Assembly (NCBI GenBank): GCA_041497555.1
Contig: JBGQGS010000001.1
Coordinates: 3,687-67,686 of the forward strand
Origin: Candidatus Dormibacteraceae bacterium
GTDB lineage: Bacteria > Chloroflexota > Dormibacteria > Dormibacterales > Dormibacteraceae
Direction: 5' to 3'
Length of the DNA stretch: 64,000 nt
The notes under the pieces are model-generated. The model saw only the letters and a program-made list of their open reading frames with translations. It made no database searches and was not told the origin of the DNA. Shown piece after piece: positions 1 through 8,399 of the stretch; within the stretch, counting starts at the first letter, position 1, and the number at the start of each line of letters is the position of its first letter. The position numbers and the translations under genes are program-made.

Positions 1-1388
1 CCCACCGTCCATCCCTCACGTTCCAGGTCCTTTCGCTGGAAGGTGCGCGCCCAGGGTGAGTTGCGAACAAGCACAGGTTTTCCGGTCTCGTAGGCCTCTC
101 GCGACGGCCCTGTGACGGCAAGGGCGACCGGCGGCACGACCTCTTCGACGCCCGCGACGTACTGATAGCCCTCCGCGAACGGTCCGTCGGGAGTCTGCGT
201 GATGGTGGCGAGGATGAAACCGTCGAAGTTGAGGAAGGCCGCGAGCTCTCCGCGCAGCGTGCGCATGATGGACCATCGGTCGAGGCTCGACGCGAGGCGG
301 CGTCCGATCGAGTTGACGACCTCTAGCCTTCGCCTATGGTTCTCGATCGCCTCGTAGCTCCGGGCGTTGCGCAGCGCGAGCGTGGCCTCGTCAGATACGA
401 GCTCAAGGAAGGCCGCGGTCGAGTCCTCGTATGCAAACGGGCGCGAGCATCGGATCCCGAGTGCTCCGCGCACGGCGCCGCCCTCTTTGATCGGTACCCA
501 CAGCGATGAGGACGGCTGGTGGACGAGGATCGGCTTCGAGTCGCGGACCATGGCGCGCGCCGCCGCGGCCGCCGGGGATCGCGAGGGCAGCAACCGCGAA
601 GTTGGGGCTGAATCGGCTTCGACGTGCATGAGCCGAACCCGGTCGGTGCCGTCGTCCTGCATCGCAACCATCTCGAGCGCGTCGACGGGCAGCAGCTCGC
701 GAAGCGTCGTGTGGAGCCCGGTGAGCACGCTCGCCTCATCCAGCGTCGAAGCCATTGCGCGCGCGATGCTGTTCAGCGCCTCTAGCCGGCGCGCCTGGTT
801 GCGGGTGAGCTCGTTGAGCGATGCGTTGGCGAGGAGGACCCCAAGGCGTCGATGGACGTCGTCGAGAAATGCGACCTCCGCGTCCGGCACCCGACGCTTC
901 CGATGAGACTGATAGATGACGCTGCCGATCAGCTCGCCCTGGTGCTTGACCGGCACCCAGATCGCGAACCTGACCAGCCGACCGACGCCGGGTCCCTTGC
1001 CGCGCTCCTGGCTGCTGGACGCAACGGGCACCACCACCGTCGGACGCGGATTCGCGTACTGCTTGGCGAATACTGATTTACTCAGGGGCAACCGGCTCAC
1101 ATCCTGGAGCACGCCAGAGTCGATCGGCAGCGAGCGGTACCAACCTTCCCGCTCGAGGACGTGAAGCACGATGACGTCGTAGCCGAAGCGGGGGTGTAGG
1201 CCCCTGTAGAGCACCTGGAGGAGGTCGGCCTCGGTGACACAGCTGCCGAGCTCATGGACGAGGGCGGCAGCCGAGGGACCCAAACCGGCCCTGGACTTGC
1301 GGGGCGCGGCTTTGGGCCGAGCAGGCGCGCTCTTGACAGGCCTGGACGGCGCATGTGATCTGGCGCCTGACCGGGCTGAACTGGGCAT
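1..1388 (-). CDS. multi-GAF-domain signalling protein, N-terminal part; the ORF runs off the left edge and is absent from the supplied ORF track because it has no in-window stop
   Basis: My own translation of the minus frame is open from ATG 1386-1388 to position 1. It shows three GAF-like modules (WVPVKHQGELIGSVIY; LWVPIKEGGAVRGALGI; FILATITQTPDG). They are joined by coiled linkers (NELTRNQARRLEALNSIARA; YEAIENHRRRLEVVNSIGRR). The start is uncertain; an alternative in-frame TTG lies at 1281-1283. Confidence 0.7.
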   Translation of the reverse strand, partial: MPSSARSGARSHAPSRPVKSAPARPKAAPRKSRAGLGPSAAALVHELGSCVTEADLLQVLYRGLHPRFGYDVIVLHVLEREGWYRSLPIDSGVLQDVSRLPLSKSVFAKQYANPRPTVVVPVASSSQERGKGPGVGRLVRFAIWVPVKHQGELIGSVIYQSHRKRRVPDAEVAFLDDVHRRLGVLLANASLNELTRNQARRLEALNSIARAMASTLDEASVLTGLHTTLRELLPVDALEMVAMQDDGTDRVRLMHVEADSAPTSRLLPSRSPAAAAARAMVRDSKPILVHQPSSSLWVPIKEGGAVRGALGIRCSRPFAYEDSTAAFLELVSDEATLALRNARSYEAIENHRRRLEVVNSIGRRLASSLDRWSIMRTLRGELAAFLNFDGFILATITQTPDGPFAEGYQYVAGVEEVVPPVALAVTGPSREAYETGKPVLVRNSPWARTFQRKDLEREGWTV

Positions 1389-1409
1389 TGCCACCGATAC
1401 ACTAACCCC

Positions 1410-1844
1410 GTGCCGTTCACCCCGCCGAAACCAATCGCCCCCACGCCCGAGGATCTCCTGGGTTCTACCGTGCTCGTGGTGGACGACGAGCGTGCCTGGC
1501 GCGTGATCCTGGAAACCGATCTCAGGATGCTCGGCTACAAGGTATCGATGGCGGAAGACGCCGACCAGGCTCTCGAGAGGGCGCAGTCGGACCAGCCGGA
1601 GGTCGCAATCATCGACCTGATGCTGCCCGAGCCGATGGACGGCTGGGGGTTGCTCAACGAGTTGAGGGCGCGCGGGCAAAAGGTGCCGGTCATCTTCTAC
1701 ACCGCCTACCCGGTATTCCCCTCAGGGACCGACGACCCGGATGTGGTCGGCTACATGAGCAAGGCGATCGACAGGGCTGATCTCTACGCCCTGCTCCCGC
1801 CGGCGATTCGGCGCTCCCGCGAGCGCCGAAACTCAGATTCCTAG
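1410..1844 (+). CDS. stand-alone CheY-like response regulator receiver protein
   Basis: 144-aa ORF with receiver hallmarks (VLVVDDE, acceptor Asp in AIIDLMLP, conserved K in YMSKA). No output domain. GTG start. Confidence 0.85.
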   Translation: MPFTPPKPIAPTPEDLLGSTVLVVDDERAWRVILETDLRMLGYKVSMAEDADQALERAQSDQPEVAIIDLMLPEPMDGWGLLNELRARGQKVPVIFYTAYPVFPSGTDDPDVVGYMSKAIDRADLYALLPPAIRRSRERRNSDS

Positions 1845-1848
1845 ATGG

Positions 1849-1968
1849 TTACCAGCCCATCTGCGAGAAGGCGGTGATCCAGTCAGCGCCTGACGCGAGG
1901 GCAAGAGCTGCGACGACCACCAATGCGAACGCCACGCGCTGGAACTTCAATCTCCAAGTCATCCCCAT
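1849..1968 (-). CDS. possible 39-aa hydrophobic micro-protein
   Basis: Internal ATG of ORF 1849..2055, preceded by AAAGGGGA 4 nt upstream. The peptide is MGMTWRLKFQRVAFALVVVAALALASGADWITAFSQMGW, with one predicted TM helix. No homology recognised. Confidence 0.3.
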   Translation of the reverse strand: MGMTWRLKFQRVAFALVVVAALALASGADWITAFSQMGW

Positions 1969-2099
1969 AGATCCCCTTTGTTTTTCCAACCGATGCCAGG
2001 ACCGAGAGGGAGTATGCGCTGGTCGATTCGTATTTGCTTGTTCGCATCCAGTCAATAATGGTTAAAAATGATATAGGTGGCAGCTTGGAAAATCGGAGT

Positions 2100-2888
2100 A
2101 TGAAAGTCAGGCCACGCGGCCCGGTCCGCAGCCGGGAAGTGCGGCTGCCGCCGCTGCCGCCGGGGCTCGAGGTCTACCGGCCTGCAGAGGTCCTCGGTTC
2201 GTCGGTCCTGGTGGTCGAGGACGAGGCCGCCATGCAGCAGCAGCTGAGGATCGACCTTCACGACCTGGGCTACCGCCCTTCCGTCTCGGCTTCGGCCCCT
2301 GAGGCCCGGCAGCTGCTCGAACGCGAGCGCGTGGCCGCGGTCCTGCTCGACCTTGTCCTCGACGAAGGGGAGGATTCAGGTTTCGAGCTGTTGCAGTGGA
2401 TCCGCCAACACCACCCAGGGCTGCCGGTGATCGTGCTCTCGGCGGCCCAGGTCAACTCCGCGTCGATCCGCAAGGCGTACGAGCTGGGCGCGAGCTCGTA
2501 TTTCGTCAAAGGCAACGTGCCCATGGCCCACATCTACTCCGACCTCGCCGCGCGCCTGGTGGAGCGCGGGACCGGCCGCCCGGGCAGCTATCGCTTCGGG
2601 CGGCTGGAATTCGACCCGACTCATCGAACGGTCAAGCTCGGCCGCGGAGAGATCCGCCTGACCCAGCAGCAGACGGCCTTGGTGCTCTACCTCGCGCAAG
2701 GGTCCAAGTCCGCGACAGCGCGCGACCTGATCGAGGCCGGCCTCTTTCGAAGCAACGCCGCGCACTCCACCGTGCACTCAGCGCTGCTGACCTTGAGGCG
2801 GCGTCTGGACGAGCTGGAACCCGGCCTGGGCCAGAAGCTGGTGCACGCGACGGCACGCGGATACAACCTGGTGACGGTCCATGACTGA
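2100..2888 (+). CDS. OmpR-type response regulator (receiver plus winged-helix DNA-binding domain)
   Basis: Receiver region (VLVVEDEA, VLLDLVLDEG, IVLSA, YFVKG) followed by a trans_reg_C-like C-terminus (YRFGRLEFDPTHRTVKLGRGEIRLTQQQTALVLYLA...RGYNLV). The start is ambiguous between 2058 and 2100. The 3' end overlaps the next gene by 8 nt. Confidence 0.85.
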   Translation: MKVRPRGPVRSREVRLPPLPPGLEVYRPAEVLGSSVLVVEDEAAMQQQLRIDLHDLGYRPSVSASAPEARQLLERERVAAVLLDLVLDEGEDSGFELLQWIRQHHPGLPVIVLSAAQVNSASIRKAYELGASSYFVKGNVPMAHIYSDLAARLVERGTGRPGSYRFGRLEFDPTHRTVKLGRGEIRLTQQQTALVLYLAQGSKSATARDLIEAGLFRSNAAHSTVHSALLTLRRRLDELEPGLGQKLVHATARGYNLVTVHD

Positions 2889-4065
2889 AAGCGACTCGAC
2901 CACACCTCTGCCGAGCCGGTCCGTCCTCGACGAGGTGATCGAGCTGAGGCGCCATTTCCATCGCCACCCGGAGGTGAGCTTCAGCGAGCACGAGACGAGC
3001 CGGCAGCTCGGTGAGCGGCTGCGCCAGCTCGGGCTGGAGCTCAAACCATGCCCCACGGACACGGGAGTCGTCGCCCTGCTCGACACCGGCAAGCCGGGCA
3101 AGACCGTGATGCTGCGCGCGGACATCGACGGCCTGCCGATCCACGAGGAATCGGGCGTCGACTTCTCATCGCGGACCGACGGGAGCATGCATGCGTGCGG
3201 TCACGACGCGCACATGGCGATCATGGTCGGCGTCGCGCGGACGATCGTCGATCGGATCTGGGACGTACGTGGCCGCTACCTGTTCGTCTTCCAGCCCGCT
3301 GAGGAGATCGTCGAAGGGGCGAAGGCAATGATCGCCAAAGGTCTGCTCGACGATCACCATCCCGACTCCGTCATCGGACTGCACGTTTCGAGCTTCCTGG
3401 AGTCTGGGACGGTGGTGTCGAAGCCCGGCCTGATGTGGGCGGGATCCGATGCCTTCGACATCGGCTTCTCGGGACCTGGTGGACACGGCGGCATGATGGG
3501 CCGCCGCGGAAACGTGCTTGCGGCGCAGGCATTCTTCGTCGAGCGGCTCCACACCGTCGTGGAGGGTCTCGAGCAGGATGGCGTGCAGTGCCACGCGACG
3601 GTCGGCGACATCAGAAGTGACGGGGCGTGGAACATCGTGCCTCGTGGGGTGCTCGTCAAGGGCAGCCTGCGCACGTTCAACGCATCCCTTCGAGAGCAGG
3701 CGCTCGGCCGCCTGAACGACCTGCTGCGCGAGACGGACAGTGAGTTCGACGTGCATTCAAAGCTCGACCTCGTTCATGGAACCGTGCCTCTGATGAACGA
3801 ACCGAATGTCACTCGAACGGTGCTCGACGTCGGACGCTTGCTCATCGGTGACCGGGCGAGCATCCTCGGTCGACCGCTGACGGTGAGCGACGATTTCGCC
3901 GAGTTCCTGACCCGCATCCCAGGCTGCTACTTCATGCTTGGAGCGATGCCGAAGGGCGAGCCGCCTCCCGCTCACCACTCGCCTGGGTTCCGGATCGACG
4001 AGGAGGCGCTGCCGATCGGCGTCAAGGTCCTGGCGGGAGCGGCGTCAAGACTCGCGGCTGACTAG
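2881..4065 (+). CDS. M20D-family amidohydrolase (N-acyl-amino-acid / hippurate hydrolase type)
   Basis: 394 aa. Typical M20D blocks: LRRHFHRHPEVSFSEHET, LRADIDGLPI, MHACGHDAH, FQPAEE, HHSPGFRIDE. Confidence 0.9.
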   Translation: MTESDSTTPLPSRSVLDEVIELRRHFHRHPEVSFSEHETSRQLGERLRQLGLELKPCPTDTGVVALLDTGKPGKTVMLRADIDGLPIHEESGVDFSSRTDGSMHACGHDAHMAIMVGVARTIVDRIWDVRGRYLFVFQPAEEIVEGAKAMIAKGLLDDHHPDSVIGLHVSSFLESGTVVSKPGLMWAGSDAFDIGFSGPGGHGGMMGRRGNVLAAQAFFVERLHTVVEGLEQDGVQCHATVGDIRSDGAWNIVPRGVLVKGSLRTFNASLREQALGRLNDLLRETDSEFDVHSKLDLVHGTVPLMNEPNVTRTVLDVGRLLIGDRASILGRPLTVSDDFAEFLTRIPGCYFMLGAMPKGEPPPAHHSPGFRIDEEALPIGVKVLAGAASRLAAD

Positions 4066-4631
4066 TGCTCTGGATCGTTGCCATCGGCCTCGGCCTCGTG
4101 GTTGGCTTCGCCGCTCGTGGAACCATCGACAACCTGACGCGCATCCAATTGCGATGGCCCTGGCTGGTGCTGGCGACTCTCGTCGTGCGCGCCGCGATCG
4201 TGCTCACGCCGCTCAACCGCGTCGACGGTGTTCAGTACATTTATCTGGCCGCCCTAACGGCACTTGTCGCCTGGACGCTCTGGCAGATCGAGTTGGTCGC
4301 GGGAATGTGGCTCGTGGCGGCTGGCAGCGCGCTCAACCTGATCGTCATCGCCGCCAACGGCGGGCGCATGCCGGTGGCGACCGAGTTGGCCGGCGCCCTG
4401 GTCCAGCGCGGGCAGGTTGGCCAGTACACCCTGATGACGTCAGATACGCACCTCAACTGGCTGGCCGATTGGATCGCTCTACCTGGTCCGGTCGGACGGG
4501 TGGTGCATGAGGCCTACAGCCCGGGCGACCTGATCGTGGCCGTCGGAATCGCAGTCGTCCTGGCCCTGGCCATGCGATCTCGCAGTGGGAGCGACGAAAC
4601 CCGGCCACGTATAGTGAGTGACCCGCCGTGA
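4065..4631 (+). CDS. DUF5317-like polytopic membrane protein
   Basis: 188 aa, about 5 hydrophobic segments, with the NLIVIAANGGRMPV motif that I recall as typical of DUF5317. The GTG start overlaps the upstream TAG (TAGTG). The stop overlaps the next gene's GTG (GTGA). Confidence 0.7.
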   Translation: MLWIVAIGLGLVVGFAARGTIDNLTRIQLRWPWLVLATLVVRAAIVLTPLNRVDGVQYIYLAALTALVAWTLWQIELVAGMWLVAAGSALNLIVIAANGGRMPVATELAGALVQRGQVGQYTLMTSDTHLNWLADWIALPGPVGRVVHEAYSPGDLIVAVGIAVVLALAMRSRSGSDETRPRIVSDPP

Positions 4632-6748
4632 TCATCTTCTGGATCTTCACGCTCTTCGTCGGTGCTTCGACCTTTGCGTTCACGTTCATCTTCCTGCAAC
4701 TTGGGCTCGCATGGTCGATCGCCGATGCCTTCGTGGCGATGCTCCTTTGCCGCGGCTTGTTCAGCATGGTTCGACGCTCGCTCATCCTCCGCGAACGCAT
4801 CTCTCCGGAAACCGACACCCTCACGCGCACGGTGGAGACGAACCGGGCTATCTTCTGGCGCCGAGCGCTTTTTCTAGGCGCGCTCCCGGTCCTCTATTTC
4901 GCCGGCGCCTACTTCCTCTTCGGCCTGGAGCCGGTGGACGCCCTCGACGCCCTTCCGCAAGCCATCGTCGCGGGGCTCACCAACCTCCTCTACGTGCTGT
5001 TCCTGCTGGCGGCGAACTTCACCCTCTTCCTCGGCCCGTTCTACATCTACACACGAATCGGCAAGACGATGATCAACCCGGACGACGCGAACTTCGGGGT
5101 GAACATGGAGGACGTGCGCGGTCAGAGGGCCGCGGTGACCGAGATGCGTCGCATTTTGCGCCTCATCGAGCACGGGAGGCTTTACGTCAAGGCCGGCGGC
5201 AAGCGCGAGCGCGGGGTGCTCATGGTCGGCCCTCCGGGCACCGGCAAGACGATGCTCGCAAAGGCGATCGCCTCATCACTGCACGTCCCCATTTACATCG
5301 CGGCCGGCGGGTCGTTCGCAGGCATGTTCCTCGGCATCGATGCTCTCAGCGTCTTCCTCATGGTTCGCGCGGCGCGGAAGAAGGCCAAGACCTGGGGCGG
5401 CTGCATCGTCTTCATCGACGAGATCGACGCCCTCGGCCAGCGGCGTTCGGGTACCCAGGGGGCTGGGGCGATGGGCGGCATGGGCGGCATGTTCGGCGGC
5501 GGTCAGCTCGGGCTGAACATGCTGCTCGTCCTGATGGACGGCATCGACAACCCGGGCATGATGGTGCGCCAGCTGCGCGGTCTGGTGAACCTCACCCTCG
5601 ACGGGTTGTTCATTCCGCGCCTGATCGCGTTCAACGGCACGAGGCTGCAGCTGCGCATCCCGGCGCTGAAGGCCCCCAACTACAACATCCTGTTCATCGG
5701 CGCCACCAACCGGCCATCGGTCCTCGACGAAGCCCTCACGAGGCCCGGCCGGTTTGGCCGCCAGATCGTGTTCCGGCTGCCCAACCGCGAGGACCGCAAG
5801 GACATCGCCGGGCTCTATTTCGACAAGAAGAAGCACGATCCTTCTCTGGACACGCCGAGCCGGCGTGAGGAATTCGCCCGCATCACCGACGGCTACTCGC
5901 CGGCCGACATCGAGCAGGTGCTTTCGCTTTCGCTCCTCTACGCGTTCGAGGACAGTCGCGACCAGCTCCAATGGAAGGACATCCGGGAGGCGATGGGGAA
6001 CGTCGAAGCCGGCCTTGCGATTCCGGTCGAGTACACCGAGCGGGACAAGATCGCCGTCTCCCGCCACGAGCTCGGCCACGCGGTGGCCTCGCACTTCTTC
6101 ATGACCGACCACTCCCACGTAAGACTCTCGATCCGGCGCCGCGCCACCACGCAGGGCGAGATCGGCGGGTATCACAAAGCCCTGCCCGCGGAAGAAGAGT
6201 GGCTGGAGTTTCGCTCGCAGCTGGCGGCCCACATTCGACACGCCCTGGGCTCTCTGGCTTGCGAGCATGTCTTCTACGGCGAGAACACGAGTGGAGTTTT
6301 CATGGACCTCGTGCAGGCCACGGCGACCGCGTGCAGGATGGTCGGCACCATCGGCATGGGCCCGGACAAACTAGACGCTCAAATGTCAGCCAAGGCCGTC
6401 AGCATCGGCGAACAATTGATTTCCGTAGCCGAGGTTACGCAGGGAGTGCACGCACAAGGCACATGGGTAGGCGCAGTGCTCAATAACCCGCGCAGCCGGC
6501 GAGTTGTAGCCCAGCTCCTCGGATCCGCGTACATAGACGATTGGCGCCTGATGCAGGTCAACAAGGACGCGATCGACCAGGCGTCGGAAGCGTTGATCGC
6601 TCAGGGAGAGCTGATGGGCGACGAGATCAGCGGACTGCTGGACTCGGTGGGCATGAGGGCACCCGTCGATTCGGACCCGTACCCAGACGACTTGCCCACG
6701 GTCCTCGACCAGCGCGCGCCGATCGCGGCCGTGTCGGAGTCGGCCTGA
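4628..6748 (+). CDS. divergent FtsH-family AAA+ zinc metalloprotease (membrane-anchored)
   Basis: Walker A GPPGTGKT, Walker B IVFIDEIDA, pore-loop-like GMFLG, ATNRP...RPGRF second region of homology, and HELGH zinc motif. The N-terminus has about 4 hydrophobic segments. Confidence 0.85.
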   Translation: MIIFWIFTLFVGASTFAFTFIFLQLGLAWSIADAFVAMLLCRGLFSMVRRSLILRERISPETDTLTRTVETNRAIFWRRALFLGALPVLYFAGAYFLFGLEPVDALDALPQAIVAGLTNLLYVLFLLAANFTLFLGPFYIYTRIGKTMINPDDANFGVNMEDVRGQRAAVTEMRRILRLIEHGRLYVKAGGKRERGVLMVGPPGTGKTMLAKAIASSLHVPIYIAAGGSFAGMFLGIDALSVFLMVRAARKKAKTWGGCIVFIDEIDALGQRRSGTQGAGAMGGMGGMFGGGQLGLNMLLVLMDGIDNPGMMVRQLRGLVNLTLDGLFIPRLIAFNGTRLQLRIPALKAPNYNILFIGATNRPSVLDEALTRPGRFGRQIVFRLPNREDRKDIAGLYFDKKKHDPSLDTPSRREEFARITDGYSPADIEQVLSLSLLYAFEDSRDQLQWKDIREAMGNVEAGLAIPVEYTERDKIAVSRHELGHAVASHFFMTDHSHVRLSIRRRATTQGEIGGYHKALPAEEEWLEFRSQLAAHIRHALGSLACEHVFYGENTSGVFMDLVQATATACRMVGTIGMGPDKLDAQMSAKAVSIGEQLISVAEVTQGVHAQGTWVGAVLNNPRSRRVVAQLLGSAYIDDWRLMQVNKDAIDQASEALIAQGELMGDEISGLLDSVGMRAPVDSDPYPDDLPTVLDQRAPIAAVSESA

Positions 6749-6754
6749 TTAAAT

Positions 6755-6792
6755 CCCCACGAAGTCCGAGGCTTCGCCGTGACTTCGTGGGG
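6755..6792 (+). terminator. 12-bp perfect hairpin just after the FtsH-like stop; terminator-like
   Basis: CCCCACGAAGTC (6755-6766) pairs with GACTTCGTGGGG (6781-6792) around a 14-nt loop, followed by CCCCTCTTCT. The 3' arm contains the GTG (6787) that I call as the start of the next gene. Confidence 0.45.
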
Positions 6793-7641
6793 GCCCCTCT
6801 TCTGACTAGAGTCGCGGCTGCGGCCCTTGCCGCCTTGCTCCTCGCGCTGCCCGCGCGAACAGTCCACGCGCAGGACCCTGGGCTGAGCCCGAATGCACAT
6901 CACGAAGCGGCTCGCATCATCGCCGCCGAGCTCGCGATGAACCAGGCCGCCGCTGACCTGAGCTCGATCTCCACGCAGCAACCGTCGGGCTTGATGGAAT
7001 CGCTGCGCAAGGAGCTCGCCACGGACCGGGCCGCCTATGCATTTCGGGTCGCGGCTCGACAGGAGGAGCTGCGGGTCTACGAGCTCGCGGGTTACGCGAG
7101 CGTGGAGAGCGCGGTGGTCCCCCTGCTGCCTTCGGGAGTACAGGCGCCGGTGGAGAATGCGATCGCGGGACTGCACTCGCTGTATATCCTCGGAGGCATC
7201 GACCAGTACTACCTGGTCAACGTCCACTTCACACACCCCTACTCCGACGCCAAGCCTGTGAGCCTGCTCCGCTCCTACTACCTCGAAGCCCAGCGCATAT
7301 ACGGCGTTGACGCAAGCTACCTCGCCTCCATCAACTTCATCGAAAGCAACTTCGGCCGCATCAACGGCCCGTCATCGGCCGGTGCGCTCGGCCCGATGCA
7401 GTTCCTTCCCGGCACGTGGGCCAATTACGGCGAAGGCGGAAACGTGATGGACCCGCACGACGCCATCCTGGCCGCGGCTCGCTACCTCGCGCACTACGGC
7501 GCGCCGTACAACATGCGTCTGGCGATCTGGCACTACAACCTCGATTACGACTACGTGGACGCGGTGGAGTACTTCGCGCGGGCCTACCGCACCGACCCAG
7601 GCTGGCTCGACCGGATGTATTACTGGAACACGTACGGATGA
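6787..7641 (+). CDS. secreted lytic transglycosylase (SLT domain) protein
   Basis: Signal peptide MGAPLLTRVAAAALAALLLALPARTVHA-QD. C-terminal SLT-like block INFIESNFGR...GALGPMQFLPGTWANYG...AILAAARYL. This is the first possible start after the FtsH stop in this frame. Confidence 0.8.
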   Translation: MGAPLLTRVAAAALAALLLALPARTVHAQDPGLSPNAHHEAARIIAAELAMNQAAADLSSISTQQPSGLMESLRKELATDRAAYAFRVAARQEELRVYELAGYASVESAVVPLLPSGVQAPVENAIAGLHSLYILGGIDQYYLVNVHFTHPYSDAKPVSLLRSYYLEAQRIYGVDASYLASINFIESNFGRINGPSSAGALGPMQFLPGTWANYGEGGNVMDPHDAILAAARYLAHYGAPYNMRLAIWHYNLDYDYVDAVEYFARAYRTDPGWLDRMYYWNTYG

Positions 7642-7706
7642 GGACTTCCTCGGCGAGCTGCCCGGCGACCCCCTAACGCTCGCCAGCACAATTAGAGTAG
7701 GTACTC

Positions 7707-8399
7707 ATGGAGTATCGGATCGAACAGTTGGCGCGCTCGGCAGGCGTCGCCGTGGACACGATCCGGTTCTACCAGGGCAAGGGCTTGCTCGCTTCGCCGC
7801 GACGGGAAGGCCGGGTCACCTATTACAGCGAAAGCCACGTCGAGCGGCTGCGCCGGATCAAGGAGCTGCAGCAGCAGGGGTTTACCCTGACCGTGATCCA
7901 GCGCTTCCTGACCGGGGAGCTGGAGCCGTCCGATGAGGCACTGGTCGCGGCGGTCACTCGGCCGTCAGCCCCTCAGACCCTCACGCTGACCGAGCTCGCC
8001 GAGCGAAGCGGCGTGGCCGAACCGCTGCTCATGAGCCTCGAGCAGGCCGGGCTCCTTGTCCCGGTGGAAGGCGGCGACGAGCCGGTGTACCCGGCCGACG
8101 ACCTGGAAGGGATCGCCGCCGGCATGAAGCTGATCGCAGCGGGCGTGCCGCTTGGCGCGCTCATGGAAATCGGCAAGGACTACGCCGCCGCGGTCGACCG
8201 CACGGCGCGACAGGCCGTCGACCTCTTCGACCGGCACGTGCGCGAGCGCATCCAGGCCGAAGGCGGCGCGACCGAAGCTGCCGAGCGCCGGCTGCTGCTG
8301 ATGTTCAACGAGCTGTTGGAGGCGAGCGGCACGCTGGTCAGACATCACTTCCAGCGCACGCTGCTGCGCGCTGCGAGAGAGCACATCGAGAAGAGATGA
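7707..8399 (+). CDS. MerR-family transcriptional regulator
   Basis: N-terminal HTH MEYRIEQLARSAGVAVDTIRFYQGKGLL...Y...HVERLRRIKELQ. The stop overlaps the menF start (ATGA). Confidence 0.9.
   Translation: MEYRIEQLARSAGVAVDTIRFYQGKGLLASPRREGRVTYYSESHVERLRRIKELQQQGFTLTVIQRFLTGELEPSDEALVAAVTRPSAPQTLTLTELAERSGVAEPLLMSLEQAGLLVPVEGGDEPVYPADDLEGIAAGMKLIAAGVPLGALMEIGKDYAAAVDRTARQAVDLFDRHVRERIQAEGGATEAAERRLLLMFNELLEASGTLVRHHFQRTLLRAAREHIEKR

Noticed and set aside
4618-5868. 416-aa plus-strand ORF overlapping the FtsH-like gene in another frame
   Set aside because: The translation is extremely Arg/Pro/Gly/His-rich (RRAPGPLFRRRLLPLRPGAGGRPRRPS...), which is typical of an off-frame shadow in GC-rich DNA. 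The overlapping frame carries the full AAA and HEXXH motifs.
5276-6268. 330-aa minus-strand ORF antisense to the FtsH-like gene
   Set aside because: Antisense shadow frame with no recognisable motifs. The coding signal belongs to the plus strand.
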